From: Bdellovibrionales bacterium
Lineage (GTDB): Bacteria; Bdellovibrionota; Bdellovibrionia; Bdellovibrionales; UBA1609
Assembly: GCA_965261545.1 (NCBI GenBank)
Contig: CBDHDF010000010.1
Span: 928,001-992,000 of the forward strand
Length of the DNA: 64,000 nucleotides
Direction of reading: 5' to 3'
In this document: positions 50,988-61,910 of the stretch, one piece after another
Numbering within the stretch: the first letter of the stretch is position 1
Layout: every line of letters starts with the position of its first letter
Program-made: the position numbers and the translations under genes
The notes under the pieces: model-generated
Database searches by the model: none
What the model saw: the letters and a program-made list of their open reading frames with translations, nothing else
Told to the model about the DNA's origin: nothing

Positions 50988-51062
50988 TGGAGCCCATGGA
51001 GAGACTCGAACTCTCGACCTCACCCTTACCAAGGGTGTGCTCTACCCCTGAGCCACATGGGC
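50988..51062 (-). tRNA. tRNA-Thr(GGT)
   Basis: Cloverleaf, anticodon GGT, CCA end. Confidence 0.96.
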
Positions 51063-51266
51063 ATAGGCCGAACTTGAGGGTCCCCGCTAAGTAGCATACC
51101 CCAAAAAGAGAAGCAATAGAAAGGTCACGCAAGTCGTCATACACAAATAGACCAAAGTAACCATAATGGCCACCCCTCATGTACGTCTAACCTCATGTAT
51201 AGCCAATTCTCATGCCAAACTAACTCCCCCATTTTAAGGCTTTCCGTTTAAAGCTCCCCCTTAAAA

Positions 51267-51342
51267 TGGAGCGGAAGACGGGCCTCGAACCCGCAACCCT
51301 CAGCTTGGAAGGCTGATACTCTACCAATTGAGCTACTTCCGC
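51267..51342 (-). tRNA. tRNA-Gly(TCC)
   Basis: Cloverleaf, anticodon TCC, CCA end. Confidence 0.96.
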
Positions 51343-51353
51343 AACAAAAAAAC

Positions 51354-51439
51354 TGGTGGAGAGGGTAGGATTCGAACCTACGTAGGCCGAAGCCAACGGG
51401 TTTACAGCCCGTCCCCTTTAGCCACTCGGGCACCTCTCC
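51354..51439 (-). tRNA. tRNA-Tyr(GTA)
   Basis: Long variable arm, anticodon GTA, CCA end. Confidence 0.96.
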
Positions 51440-51495
51440 ACATAGAGCTTCAATACAGAGTTTTTCAATTCCACCTCTAAACAGGGTTAAGAAAA

Positions 51496-51571
51496 TGGAG
51501 CTGGATATGGGACTCGAACCCGCAACCTGCTGATTACAAATCAGCTGCTCTACCAATTGAGCTAATCCAGC
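51496..51571 (-). tRNA. tRNA-Thr(TGT)
   Basis: Cloverleaf, anticodon TGT, CCA end. Confidence 0.96.
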
Positions 51572-51918
51572 TCAGAGAACCCAAAGCATGGCTAGGCAAT
51601 TCAATAAATTCAAAGATATGATATGGCAGCACTAAAAACAGAGTATAAAGAGAAGAGTCCTACCGATCAAGCTACGAAAAGCTCTTTTTAAAGTTTAATT
51701 AGGTGAGTCATAGAACCTCGATGTCATTTTTTTGACTTCGCCACGCTCCCCAGGCTTCAACCTTCCTCTTCGAGACAGAAAGGCTCAAAGGCAAAAACAG
51801 TTGCTTTTACCCAATGATGCCAACTATAAACTATACCTAACCTATACCCATAAAGATATAATGAAAATGTGTGGCAAGAGCCTATGTGTCGCCTTGCAAA
51901 TATGTCACCTTGAAATAA

Positions 51919-52962
51919 GTGGAGTTACTTTTGAAGAATGCATCGGGCAAAGTGGTGCTGAAAGCTGTGGCCGGCAATGGATCCCTAGCCATAGGCAAGT
52001 TTATTGTATGGCTTATAACATTGAGCCCATCTATGCTTGCCGAAGCCATTCACTCCCTTGCAGATACCAGCAATCAAGTTTTGCTCTATGTGGGAGTAAG
52101 GCATGGACAGTATGGCCCAACAAGAGAGTACCCTTGGGGGCGAGCCAGCGCCCGTTATTTGTGGAATCTAGTTTCTGCCGTCGGAATTTTCTTTATAGGT
52201 TTTGGAGTGACGGTGTCCCACGGCATTTACTCCCTCATTCACCATGAAGATTATAGCATAGATGCCAGCATGTCGTTGATGAACTTTTTTGGAGTAGACA
52301 TCAGCATGTGGACAGTGGGCATCCTCGCTTTCTCACTCATTGTGGAGGGAGCTGTGTTGAATACCGCCATCAAAGCTGTCAATAAAGAGCGCGAGGAGCA
52401 AAGTTTATGGGACTACATCAGAAAAGGAGATGACCCCACCAACGTAGCCGTTCTCCTTGAGGACGGAGCCGCCGTTCTAGGGATTTTTGTAGCACTCTTG
52501 GGCAACTGGCTGTCTAGCTACTATCACTCTGGCATTCCCGATGCTATTGCAACTCTTATTATTGGAGTTCTCCTGGGTTTTCTAGCTATTGTTCTTGCAA
52601 GGGCCAATGGGCGCCTTCTCATTGGTGTGGCCGTTCCTATGTCAGAGGAGAAAAAAATTCGCCAATTTTTGGAGGATTGCCCCTCCGTAGAAAGAGTCAT
52701 TCATTTTCGCACAGAAATTCTTGGTCCCGACAGGTGGCGCTTAGCTACAGAAATTGAGTTTCACGGTGAAGTGATGGTCAACCGTGAGCAAATAATTAAG
52801 GATGCTGAGAAGATTCGCTCGGGAGAAGAGGATGCCCTTCCTGTTTTGATGGATATTGCCGGTCGAATGGTTCGCACAGTGGGGAATGAAATCAATGAAC
52901 TCGAAAAACAACTCAAACAGGAATTTCCCCAGCTCTATGCCATTGAACTCGAAGTCAACTAG
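51919..52962 (+). CDS. Cation diffusion facilitator transporter
   Basis: SMLAEAIHSLADT.NQ; VLLED.AA. Confidence 0.9.
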   Translation: MELLLKNASGKVVLKAVAGNGSLAIGKFIVWLITLSPSMLAEAIHSLADTSNQVLLYVGVRHGQYGPTREYPWGRASARYLWNLVSAVGIFFIGFGVTVSHGIYSLIHHEDYSIDASMSLMNFFGVDISMWTVGILAFSLIVEGAVLNTAIKAVNKEREEQSLWDYIRKGDDPTNVAVLLEDGAAVLGIFVALLGNWLSSYYHSGIPDAIATLIIGVLLGFLAIVLARANGRLLIGVAVPMSEEKKIRQFLEDCPSVERVIHFRTEILGPDRWRLATEIEFHGEVMVNREQIIKDAEKIRSGEEDALPVLMDIAGRMVRTVGNEINELEKQLKQEFPQLYAIELEVN

Positions 52963-53193
52963 TGAACGAGAAGCCGTGGCAGTTCCTATGTCAACTGAAA
53001 CTAAGAGTTCTTCTAAAAGTCATTAAAAATACTTCTTATGAATTGCCAAACCTTAACGCCAATAGACTTGAAAAAAATAAGCTTGAAAAAAAAACATACT
53101 TTATCTTAGACTATCAACTAGAGCTTCTATAAGAAGGAGGCGCCACGTAAGGCTTTCAAGCTGAAAGCTAAATTTAATAAGGGGGGATTATTA

Positions 53194-55041
53194 ATGGTAT
53201 ACGTATTTCTAAGGTCAGGATGGCTTGCAACTTTATTAAGTATATTTTCTCTAGTCAGTATTTTATCTTTTTCATCCTATGGGGCACGGTATATTGTAAC
53301 TTTTAAAGAAAAGGGATCATTTGAATCCGTCAAGGCTCGCACACTTCTAAACAATAAACATAAACTCTCAGTCATGGTTCAAGGTGAAATACCTATAAAG
53401 GATTCCATAAAAAACTCTAGAAAGACTTCCATGAATTTTATGGGCACCTCCGTTCAAGTCATTGAAATTTTAGATGAACTAGATATTGTTTTAATAGATA
53501 CTGAAAACGAACAAGCCTTAGAGGCCCTCAAGGCTAACTCCCATGTGGTTATCGAAGAGGATGTGATGATTCCAACACCTGCTCCTCTTTACAACTATGA
53601 AGAATATATTTCCCTGCGTAACTCCATGGAGACGACTGACAAACAAAAGCAAAATAAACAAAAAATACTTAATTCATTTAATATAGAACGCCCCTGGGGC
53701 CTCGATGCCATAGGGACCCCGAATGCTTGGAAAATCACTCGGGGACAGGGTGCAACAGTTCTTATTTTAGACTCAGGTATCGACAAGGACCATAGGGAGG
53801 TGAAGGACAGTTTCCTCATGGGCAAAAACTTTGTCGTTTCTCAAAGAAAGGACCTTCCCTATGACTTCTTTGATGAAACAGGGCATGGCACCCACACATC
53901 GGGAACTGTGGCAGGGGCTCTTGTTGGCGTGGCTCCTGAAGCAAAAATCTTAATGGCCAAAGTTTGCAATGATGGCTGCCTTACCTCTAATGTTCTTAAC
54001 GGAATCAACTGGGGGCTCGCCAATGGCGCCGATGTCATTAACTTTTCCCTGGGAGGACGCTGGCCGTCGTCGTCTCGCCAAAAAGTGATGAAGGAAGCCA
54101 CAAAACGCGGCGTTGTGATTGTGGCAGCTTCGGGCAACAGTGCCGAACCTGCAGATTTTGCAGATAACCCATGGATGATCTACCCCGCAGCCAACGATTT
54201 TGTTATCGCCGTGGGAGCTTTGAATCGTGAAAATACAAGGGCTGATTTTTCTCAATACAGTGAGGGCTTGAGTGTTGTTGCTCCAGGTGTTTCCATTCAA
54301 TCCTGTGGACCTGGAATGACTTATTACGGACATGTAAGTATAAACCTTGGTGATCGAACTCTAGAGGCCGTGCCCAATACCTTGGCCCATGGTGCGAGCA
54401 TTATTAAAGATGAAACACTGTCGGCTCCCATTATCTTTGCAGGCCTAGGCAACAAAGAAGACTTTGAGAAACTTGACTTAAAAGGTCACTGGGCCCTTGT
54501 CCACCGAGGAGAGATTACTTTTCTGGAAAAAGTAAACCATGCCACTGAGGCAGGGGCTCTGGGTGTGATTATTGTCAATAACAAACCAGGTCTTATTCGG
54601 CCATGGCTCAAAGATGTAGGCGAAACCCCAGTGAGTGTGCCCGTATTCCTTGTGGAGCAAGAAGTGGGGTCAATTTTGTTAGAATCTCTCAATGCTGGTA
54701 CTGTACCCACTATAAGTATGAGCATGGAATTGGGTCCCAGTTACCTCCTTGCTGACGGCACCTCCATGTCATCTCCCCATGTGGCAGGTTTGGCCGCACT
54801 TATTAAATCAGTGAGTCCCAACTTTACAAGCAAGCAAGTGCAAGAAATTATAGAGAGCACAACCACTCCCATTGAACCTACTCTCGAATATGGTCATGGT
54901 CTTATCCATGCTGAAAAAGCTGTGAAAAAAGCTGTGGAAATGACTATGAATGCGGATACTATTCGAAAATCAGAAATGTCATGGGTGGAATCACCATCAT
55001 GGGCAGAGACGACGGAGGCGGCTCTTCCTATTGCCAACTGA
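53194..55041 (+). CDS. Secreted S8 (subtilisin-like) peptidase with PA domain
   Basis: ILDSGID, GHGTH, GTSMSSPHV; PA insert RGEITFLEKV. Confidence 0.95.
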   Translation: MVYVFLRSGWLATLLSIFSLVSILSFSSYGARYIVTFKEKGSFESVKARTLLNNKHKLSVMVQGEIPIKDSIKNSRKTSMNFMGTSVQVIEILDELDIVLIDTENEQALEALKANSHVVIEEDVMIPTPAPLYNYEEYISLRNSMETTDKQKQNKQKILNSFNIERPWGLDAIGTPNAWKITRGQGATVLILDSGIDKDHREVKDSFLMGKNFVVSQRKDLPYDFFDETGHGTHTSGTVAGALVGVAPEAKILMAKVCNDGCLTSNVLNGINWGLANGADVINFSLGGRWPSSSRQKVMKEATKRGVVIVAASGNSAEPADFADNPWMIYPAANDFVIAVGALNRENTRADFSQYSEGLSVVAPGVSIQSCGPGMTYYGHVSINLGDRTLEAVPNTLAHGASIIKDETLSAPIIFAGLGNKEDFEKLDLKGHWALVHRGEITFLEKVNHATEAGALGVIIVNNKPGLIRPWLKDVGETPVSVPVFLVEQEVGSILLESLNAGTVPTISMSMELGPSYLLADGTSMSSPHVAGLAALIKSVSPNFTSKQVQEIIESTTTPIEPTLEYGHGLIHAEKAVKKAVEMTMNADTIRKSEMSWVESPSWAETTEAALPIAN

Positions 55042-55090
55042 GACTGAGCCAGAAAAATTAATTATCCAAAAATATTCATAGTCAATTCAT

Positions 55091-55133
55091 AAAAAAAGCA
55101 CGGCTTTATCAGGGGGGATTGATAAAGCCGCGC
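55091..55133 (-). terminator. Rho-independent terminator
   Basis: Stem CGGCTTTATCA/TGATAAAGCCG with a T7 tail on the minus strand. Confidence 0.8.
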
Positions 55134-55212
55134 AGAAAGGAGGAAAACTATGAATAAACAAACCTTAATATAACCTTCAAACTAATAATGATAATTATAC
55201 TAAATCTTTGAG

Positions 55213-55926
55213 CTATAATAAATTGGCTCTTTTATTCTTAAGTTGAATCGCTTTCTTTTCTACAAGAGTCGTTTGAACTTCCATTCTTTGATTCTTCCTC
55301 GTGAGCTTTTTGTTGGCCTTACGCAGCTTTTTGATCTCCTTTTTCAAGTGCGTTGCAATTCTCTCAGCATTTTTCTTACGCTGTGTAAGGCTTTTATATC
55401 GACGCTCCCCACGGGTGATCTTGCTTTGAAGAGCCAACCTTTCGTTTTTGCTACGAATAGCCTTTTGCTCCACACGATCCACTTGACCTTGAACCTTGTT
55501 CAATTGTATTTGCAATTGATGGTGGATAGCTCTGAATTTTTCAGCTCTTTTCTCAACTCTTTGGGCTACCGCCGCACTTTTAAGGTAGCGCAAATGAAGT
55601 CTCTTTGTCTTTGATTGAATATTTTTATTCTTCTTCTTCAGACGAGAGATTTCTTTTTTAAGCTTCTGAGTTTTACGATCAAGCCTTTGTCTCTCAACGA
55701 GAGTTTCTCTCATTTGAGCTTCTCCATCATAAAAACCAAGCTCTTCAATTTCAGATTCAACATTGAGCTCAACGACTTTATCAAAGTTAGCAACACTATC
55801 TTCCGCATTGACACTGAAGGCGCATGTATTGATAACTAAAATGTGCAATGAACTTATAGGAATAATAAGATTTCTTCTAAGGTTCTTTAAGATACAGAAC
55901 CTTGTAAATAATAATTCTTTTTTCAT
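55213..55926 (-). CDS. Exported basic coiled-coil protein
   Basis: Signal-like N-terminus, long K/R/E/Q heptads, AAGGAGG SD. Confidence 0.75.
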   Translation of the reverse strand: MKKELLFTRFCILKNLRRNLIIPISSLHILVINTCAFSVNAEDSVANFDKVVELNVESEIEELGFYDGEAQMRETLVERQRLDRKTQKLKKEISRLKKKNKNIQSKTKRLHLRYLKSAAVAQRVEKRAEKFRAIHHQLQIQLNKVQGQVDRVEQKAIRSKNERLALQSKITRGERRYKSLTQRKKNAERIATHLKKEIKKLRKANKKLTRKNQRMEVQTTLVEKKAIQLKNKRANLL

Positions 55927-55964
55927 AAATACCTCCTTATTTAATGTCCTTGCCTTTGTATAAG

Positions 55965-55980
55965 AGCAAATGATGTGCCA
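55965..55980 (-). promoter_or_regulatory. Sigma54 promoter candidate
   Basis: TGGCAC-ATCAT-TTGCT (-24/-12). Confidence 0.7.
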
Positions 55981-56091
55981 ATGCTCTTTTCAAAATAAGA
56001 GGTATTTGAGGCTATCTCTTTAAAAAATGGGCCCAGAAAGTGCCCTAAATGGTCACCCAGTGACCTTAATTGTTAAATATAAACGGAAAAG

Positions 56092-57123
56092 CTAAATAAA
56101 AATTCCCAAGCGCTGGGCCATGAGAGCCCAGCGGTGCCTCCGATGGATTCTTCGAGGAGGCTTCATAAAATCGTCAACAGAGGCCCGGCGGACAAGTCCC
56201 CGTCGATAAACAACGGCCTGCCCCCAACCTCCTTCTTTCACAATCTGAGCCGCTTCAAGGCCCATGGCCATGGTCAGAAAGCGATCCGTGGTGGTCGGGG
56301 CTCGGCTTCTCTGTAGGTGACCTAAAACGACATGACGACTTTCCCAGCCCGTTTCTTTTTCCACCCATCGAGCTAATTTTTCAGCAATCCCGCCCAAGCG
56401 CTTTGGTTCGGGCGAGCCCTCCACCATAAAGGCAACCTCTGGATCTTCCCCATGAGAAAAGGCCCCCTCTGAAACGACACAGATAAGACCTCGTTGCTTG
56501 TAGACATTTTGCTTTTTTTTGATAAATTGAATAAGTTGATTCTTATCAAATGGCTTTTCGGGAATAAGAATCACATCAGCGTAGGAAGAAAGCCCTCCCC
56601 CTAGAGCAATCCACCCGGCATGACGCCCCATGGTTTCCACAACAATCACCCGGCGGTGGGCATCTGCCGTGGTCCGAAGAGAGTCTACGGCCTCAGCCAC
56701 CACCGAACAAGCTGTGTCGTAACCAAAAGTGATCTCTGTACCCGCCAAGTCATTGTCAATGGTTTTGGGCACGCCGATGAGTGGAATGTCATCTTTAAAG
56801 CTTGATAACCCTGAAAAAGTTCCATCTCCACCGGCGGCAATAATTCCATCCAGTTGAAGGTCCTTGTACTTGTCTATAAACTCTTTCTCACGCCCCTTGG
56901 TTCCACATCGATTGGAGGTTCCAAGAAATGTCCCCGCATAGGCATGAAGCCCATTGACGTCTTTCCAGGTCATTTTCCTGTATCGGCCCTCAAAAATGCC
57001 TTCAAATCCATCATAAATCCCAATAACCTCAAACCCTTCATTGAGAAGAGCCTTGGAAGATGATTCCAGAATTCCATTGAGACCAGGAGCATCTCCGCCC
57101 CCTGTTAAAATACCAATTCGCAT
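56092..57123 (-). CDS. pfkA: ATP-dependent 6-phosphofructokinase
   Basis: TGGGDAPGLN, GGDGT, PKTIDND, ETMGRHAGW. Confidence 0.95.
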   Translation of the reverse strand: MRIGILTGGGDAPGLNGILESSSKALLNEGFEVIGIYDGFEGIFEGRYRKMTWKDVNGLHAYAGTFLGTSNRCGTKGREKEFIDKYKDLQLDGIIAAGGDGTFSGLSSFKDDIPLIGVPKTIDNDLAGTEITFGYDTACSVVAEAVDSLRTTADAHRRVIVVETMGRHAGWIALGGGLSSYADVILIPEKPFDKNQLIQFIKKKQNVYKQRGLICVVSEGAFSHGEDPEVAFMVEGSPEPKRLGGIAEKLARWVEKETGWESRHVVLGHLQRSRAPTTTDRFLTMAMGLEAAQIVKEGGWGQAVVYRRGLVRRASVDDFMKPPRRIHRRHRWALMAQRLGIFI

Positions 57124-57140
57124 AAATCTTTCTTTTCCTT

Positions 57141-58139
57141 TCACGTAACTTTAAGTAAATCATGGATATGGACAAGGCCCACGGGAGCCTGAGGATTCTC
57201 TGAGCCTTTGTCGAGAACAAATAAAACTTGTATCTTGTGTTGTTCCATAACAAAACGAGCTTTTGCTGCAAGCTCTTGGGCGTCAATGACCTTTGGGTTT
57301 GTGGACATAAGGCTTTCCACCCTTTCGTCGATAATAAAGCTGTTTGTCTCTAACTTTCGGCGAATGTCACCATCTGTTATAATCCCTTGAAGCACTTGTT
57401 TTTGATCCACAATATCCACAACACCCACAACACCTCGAACCTCTCGCTCTGTCATCAATGAAATAATTTTGGAAAGACTATCCTCCTTTCTCACAAGGGG
57501 TAGGGCTTTGTGCATCACATCTGCAACCCGAGTGAGAAGTTTTCTTCCCAGAGAACCACCGGGATGGAATTCAGCAAAGGAGGTTTCATCAAAACCACGA
57601 GCCTTTAAAACAGCCATGGAAATGGCATCTCCCAAAGCCAGAGTGGCCGTGGAACTTGAAGTTGGCGCCAAACCCAAGGGGCAAGCCTCTTCGTTCACAT
57701 AAGTATCTAGGTAAATCGTAGAGGCATTGGCAAGCATGCTATTGGATTTGCCTGTCATTCCAATCAGGGGAATTCCCTTCTTAGAAACATAGTTAATGAG
57801 AGGAAACATTTCAGGAGCCTCCCCACTGTGGCTAATGGCAATAAGAAGGTCCCCCGGCATCACCACACCCAAGTCGCCATGACAACTCTCCGCAGGATGC
57901 AAGAAAAAAGAAGGGGTTCCCGTGGAGCTTAAGGTGCTACTGATTTTGCGACCCACTAAACCTGACTTTCCCATGCCTGTGACAATGACCTTGGATGGGC
58001 AGTTTAAAATCATTTCAATCACTCTATCAAACCTTTCATCTAAACTCTCCATGAGATGATGAAGTGCTTGGGCTTCTATGGTTAAAACACGATGGGCTTC
58101 TCTACGATGAGAGGATGAGTGGGATGAGCTTTCAGTCAT
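57141..58139 (-). CDS. kdsD: Arabinose-5-phosphate isomerase (KpsF/GutQ)
   Basis: [33 protein letters not shown] pair. Confidence 0.95.
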   Translation of the reverse strand: MTESSSHSSSHRREAHRVLTIEAQALHHLMESLDERFDRVIEMILNCPSKVIVTGMGKSGLVGRKISSTLSSTGTPSFFLHPAESCHGDLGVVMPGDLLIAISHSGEAPEMFPLINYVSKKGIPLIGMTGKSNSMLANASTIYLDTYVNEEACPLGLAPTSSSTATLALGDAISMAVLKARGFDETSFAEFHPGGSLGRKLLTRVADVMHKALPLVRKEDSLSKIISLMTEREVRGVVGVVDIVDQKQVLQGIITDGDIRRKLETNSFIIDERVESLMSTNPKVIDAQELAAKARFVMEQHKIQVLFVLDKGSENPQAPVGLVHIHDLLKVT

Positions 58140-60006
58140 AAGTACCTATCTCTTTCTCAGTACTCTTAACATTACTTTTAACATTGAGACGAGAAGTCGA
58201 TCTCTCAAGAGCCGCTTGCACAAAGCTTGCAAACAAAGGATGAGGCTCCATGGGCTTGGACTTAAATTCAGGGTGAAATTGCACTCCTATAAACCAAGGA
58301 TGATTCTTGATTTCAATGACTTCCACAAGCTCACGCTCCCTGCAAATTCCAGATAAAGTCATTCCATGACTCTCAAAAAGAGACTTAAACTTATTATTAA
58401 ACTCGTAGCGGTGTCTATGACGCTCCCTAATGGGGGAATATCCATAGATCTTAAGAACATGGCTCCCCTCGGTGAGGTGACAAGAGTAAGCCCCCAACCT
58501 CATTGTCCCCCCCATTTTGTCCATGGACTTTTGCTCCTCCATGAAATCAATAACAAAATCTTGATGCGTGTTTCCTTGAAGATCCTCCACGTCAAGAAAC
58601 TCACGACTTGTAGCATCTTGAATTCCACACACATTTCTCGCAAACTCAATGGAAGCCAGTTGCATGCCTAAGCAGATTCCTAAAAATGGAATTTTATTTT
58701 CACGAACATAGCGAATGGCAGCTAACTTGCCCTTGGTGCCACGAGTTCCAAACCCACCTGGCACAAGAACTCCATCGAGGTGAGAAAGAAACTTCTTCAC
58801 ATTCTCATCTGTCAGATAAGACGAATCAATGTAAACAAATTGGACTCTTGAGTGATTGGCGATTCCACCATGATCCATGGCTTCGTGAAGTGATTTATAG
58901 CTTTCCTTTAAATCCACATATTTACCCACAATGCCAATGGAAATTTCACGAAGTGGACTCTTCAGTCTTAAAACCATATCTTTCCAACCCAAAAGATTTG
59001 GCACTCTAAGCTCCAACCCAAGACGACAACAGACTTTCTTATCCAACTCCTCGTCATGGAAAGCCAAGGGTACCTCATAGATAGTTTCAGAGTCCACGGC
59101 GGCAATAACATGTTCGGGGCAAACACTGCAAAACAAACTAATTTTAGATTTTATATTTTTATGTATCAACTTTTCAGAGCGGCAAATTAAGAAATCGGGT
59201 TGAATGCCCACTTCGCGAAGCTCTTTGACCGAGTGCTGAGTTGGCTTACTTTTTAACTCACCTGCGGATGAGATATAAGGAAGATATGTTACATGAACAA
59301 AGATGGAATTCTGTAAGCCCACATCCACTCGCATTTGACGTATGGCCTCAATAAATGGAAGACCCTCAATATCTCCCACAGTGCCGCCAATTTCTACGAT
59401 AATGACATCGGCATCTCCAACAACATGGTGAATGCACTGCTTGATTTCATCTGTAATATGAGGGATGACTTGAACCGTTCCACCGAGATAGCCCCCACGG
59501 CGCTCTCTAGAAATAACACTTTCATATATCTGTCCTGTGGTAATACTGTTGGAGTGGTTAACAAGAACTTGGGTGAAGCGCTCGTAGTGACCTAAGTCCA
59601 AGTCTGTTTCAGCTCCATCCTCAGTCACATAAACTTCTCCGTGCTGAAAGGGAGACATCGTGCCTGGGTCCACATTAATATAGGGATCGCACTTCATCAG
59701 GGTCACCTTGAAACCACGAGCCTCAAGGAGGGTCCCCAGGCTTGCTGCCGTCAAGCCCTTTCCAATGGAAGACACCACTCCTCCAGTGACAAAAATAAAC
59801 TTGGGAGCCTCAGAAGACTTCCTTGCCTGCGCAGCCTTTACTTGTGAGATCTCTGCTGCTTGTGAAGTCTCTAGTAAAGTCTCTATTGGTGAGTCTCCTG
59901 AGGTCTCTGGAAAGGTCTCTATTGGTGAGGTCTTTACTTCTGAAGTTTCTGGAAAAGTCTTTTTAGCCATAGCCAACTCATTACTTGCTTTACCGCCATG
60001 TATCAA
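58132..60006 (-). CDS. pyrG: CTP synthase with N-terminal extension (start uncertain)
   Basis: [28 protein letters not shown]. Confidence 0.97.
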   Translation of the reverse strand: MIHGGKASNELAMAKKTFPETSEVKTSPIETFPETSGDSPIETLLETSQAAEISQVKAAQARKSSEAPKFIFVTGGVVSSIGKGLTAASLGTLLEARGFKVTLMKCDPYINVDPGTMSPFQHGEVYVTEDGAETDLDLGHYERFTQVLVNHSNSITTGQIYESVISRERRGGYLGGTVQVIPHITDEIKQCIHHVVGDADVIIVEIGGTVGDIEGLPFIEAIRQMRVDVGLQNSIFVHVTYLPYISSAGELKSKPTQHSVKELREVGIQPDFLICRSEKLIHKNIKSKISLFCSVCPEHVIAAVDSETIYEVPLAFHDEELDKKVCCRLGLELRVPNLLGWKDMVLRLKSPLREISIGIVGKYVDLKESYKSLHEAMDHGGIANHSRVQFVYIDSSYLTDENVKKFLSHLDGVLVPGGFGTRGTKGKLAAIRYVRENKIPFLGICLGMQLASIEFARNVCGIQDATSREFLDVEDLQGNTHQDFVIDFMEEQKSMDKMGGTMRLGAYSCHLTEGSHVLKIYGYSPIRERHRHRYEFNNKFKSLFESHGMTLSGICRERELVEVIEIKNHPWFIGVQFHPEFKSKPMEPHPLFASFVQAALERSTSRLNVKSNVKSTEKEIGTYD

Positions 60007-60213
60007 TACTTTTAGCTCGAAAATTTTGACGCATACACCCTCTAAGAGAAAGCCCTCCCTTCGCTAGAAAAAATTAGGGTGCCTACATATGCCTAATGCC
60101 TATACAAAGTGTCTATCGTGAAGACAGAAGCTTTTTTTGTAGACAGACCTTTGGGAAACTTTGGCCTCACAGGACTCTCAGTTGATTTGTACACATCTTC
60201 ACATATTCCACTT

Positions 60214-60229
60214 TGGCTCTTTATTTGCT
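60214..60229 (+). promoter_or_regulatory. Sigma54 promoter candidate
   Basis: TGGCTC-TTTAT-TTGCT with GG-N10-GC spacing. Confidence 0.55.
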
Positions 60230-60295
60230 TCTTAAATATTATTGAGGGTATTGGTGAAGACACTTTCTTTACCTAGGAGCTAATCAATTATAATC

Positions 60296-60994
60296 ATGAA
60301 GGCTGTGAAAATGGTGAAAGAAGCATTTACAAATTCAATCTATTCTATCACCTGTACCACCTCTATCATCATGCTTCTTACAAGCCCCACAAAGACGTGG
60401 TCTTCCTCAGATCCTATTCATGCAAGATCACTTGAGAGTATTCAAGTTCTTATTCAGGCCAATCACCAAAGGCTTACAAAAATCAATAAAAAGATTTCCA
60501 AAGAAAGAATTAAAAGAATCAAGCAATACCTTCCTAGCTCTTTACTTTCCTCACCCCTTACTCAAACACACCCTTCAACCATTCAAGCACACCCGTCAGG
60601 CTGGATGTGTACAGAAAGCCAGATTGAAAGGCTTAAAAAAAGTCAAAGAGAGCACCTTCTCAAACAAGACTTCTTAGATCGTCTCAAGGTCCAAGTGGAC
60701 AATAATTACGAAAGCTACAAAGAAAAAGAAAATCTTCAAACTTTTCTCGTTAATATTTTAAAGAGAATGGTTCAAATTGAAAAACGGCAGAAACCACAAA
60801 CTATGTATAAATTTCTAAAATATCTTTCTGTAGCTATGGAAAAACTGATGGAGCCCACAGAATATTCTATCGATTTCATTGAGGGCTATTTAAGAGCATC
60901 GACTTTCGAACAACCTATCAGCCCCCAAGTCTATAGGCAAATGAGGCATTACTCCAATGGTATTGACAACGAACCAGCTCAACAAAGACCTTAG
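60296..60994 (+). CDS. Hypothetical protein
   Basis: 232-aa ORF, helical, possibly exported. Confidence 0.65.
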   Translation: MKAVKMVKEAFTNSIYSITCTTSIIMLLTSPTKTWSSSDPIHARSLESIQVLIQANHQRLTKINKKISKERIKRIKQYLPSSLLSSPLTQTHPSTIQAHPSGWMCTESQIERLKKSQREHLLKQDFLDRLKVQVDNNYESYKEKENLQTFLVNILKRMVQIEKRQKPQTMYKFLKYLSVAMEKLMEPTEYSIDFIEGYLRASTFEQPISPQVYRQMRHYSNGIDNEPAQQRP

Positions 60995-61108
60995 ACTTTT
61001 GGCCAATCCCTATGGATTCATGTGGCTTTAAATGTACCTTTTCATCCAATAACGATAATATAAATATATAAAAACACAACATAGTGACGGTCTGAGGAAT
61101 ATTTAGGG

Positions 61109-61831
61109 ATGAATTCTACTTTATTAATTGCCAAAGTAAGTCTATGCCGTTGGGTTTATCAGCTTCTTGGCTTCACAACCCTATTATTCATCTCTTTCGG
61201 AGCGCCGATTTCTTCTTATGGAGCCCCCTCCGGAAAGTACTACGACTTACCTAAGGTGGTGGCTGTTCAAAATCGCTCTTACTATGTCAATAAAGATCTT
61301 ACATTTCAACTTGGATTTCTTCCTTCAGACCCCTTCAACAAGGGGGTCACCTTTGGGGTTGGCTACACACATTATTTCAAAGACTACCTTGCTTGGGAGG
61401 TGGCCAATGTCAATTACAATATGAATCGTGAAACAGGTCTCAAGCGTGATGTCAACAACCTCAATATAGACATTCAAAATAAGGGGGGGCTGAGTGGTCA
61501 GCTAGACTATATGAATTACTATTTGGCAACCAACTTAGTGTACACACCCATTTATGCAAAGAATCTTCTTTTTAATTCCAAAGTTATTCATGGTGAAATC
61601 AGCCTCACTCTTGGCGGAGGAGTCACCAAACTTCAAAAAACTGGGGTTCGCCCTCTTGTTATGGCCGGTGGTTACTTTAGATTTTTTACTCAACCCGATC
61701 GCTCATGGAAGTTTGACTTCAGAAATAACATCTACTTTAGTCAAGCCGCAGGAGCTATCAATGCTTGGTCTTTTGGTATTGGTTATTCAATACAACTGGG
61801 AGACAGACCTCCCTCTGTTTCAAGCTATTAA
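61109..61831 (+). CDS. Outer membrane beta-barrel, GltA/B/H-like
   Basis: AVQNR.Y, DPF, YTP.YAK..LFN..VIH; next to Glt-like TPR genes. Confidence 0.75.
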   Translation: MNSTLLIAKVSLCRWVYQLLGFTTLLFISFGAPISSYGAPSGKYYDLPKVVAVQNRSYYVNKDLTFQLGFLPSDPFNKGVTFGVGYTHYFKDYLAWEVANVNYNMNRETGLKRDVNNLNIDIQNKGGLSGQLDYMNYYLATNLVYTPIYAKNLLFNSKVIHGEISLTLGGGVTKLQKTGVRPLVMAGGYFRFFTQPDRSWKFDFRNNIYFSQAAGAINAWSFGIGYSIQLGDRPPSVSSY

Positions 61832-61910
61832 AGGAATACCTGGCATGGAGATCATCGGCTCCAGCGTCAAGGAAACTCACTTCCTTGTGAGAATTTATGA
61901 AGAGTAGCCA

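Noticed and set aside
50980..51556. ORFs 50980-51180 and 51248-51556
   Set aside because: They overlap tRNA genes.
53120..53190. Hairpins upstream of the S8 peptidase as a c-di-GMP riboswitch
   Set aside because: No recognisable GEMM core; stems are short.
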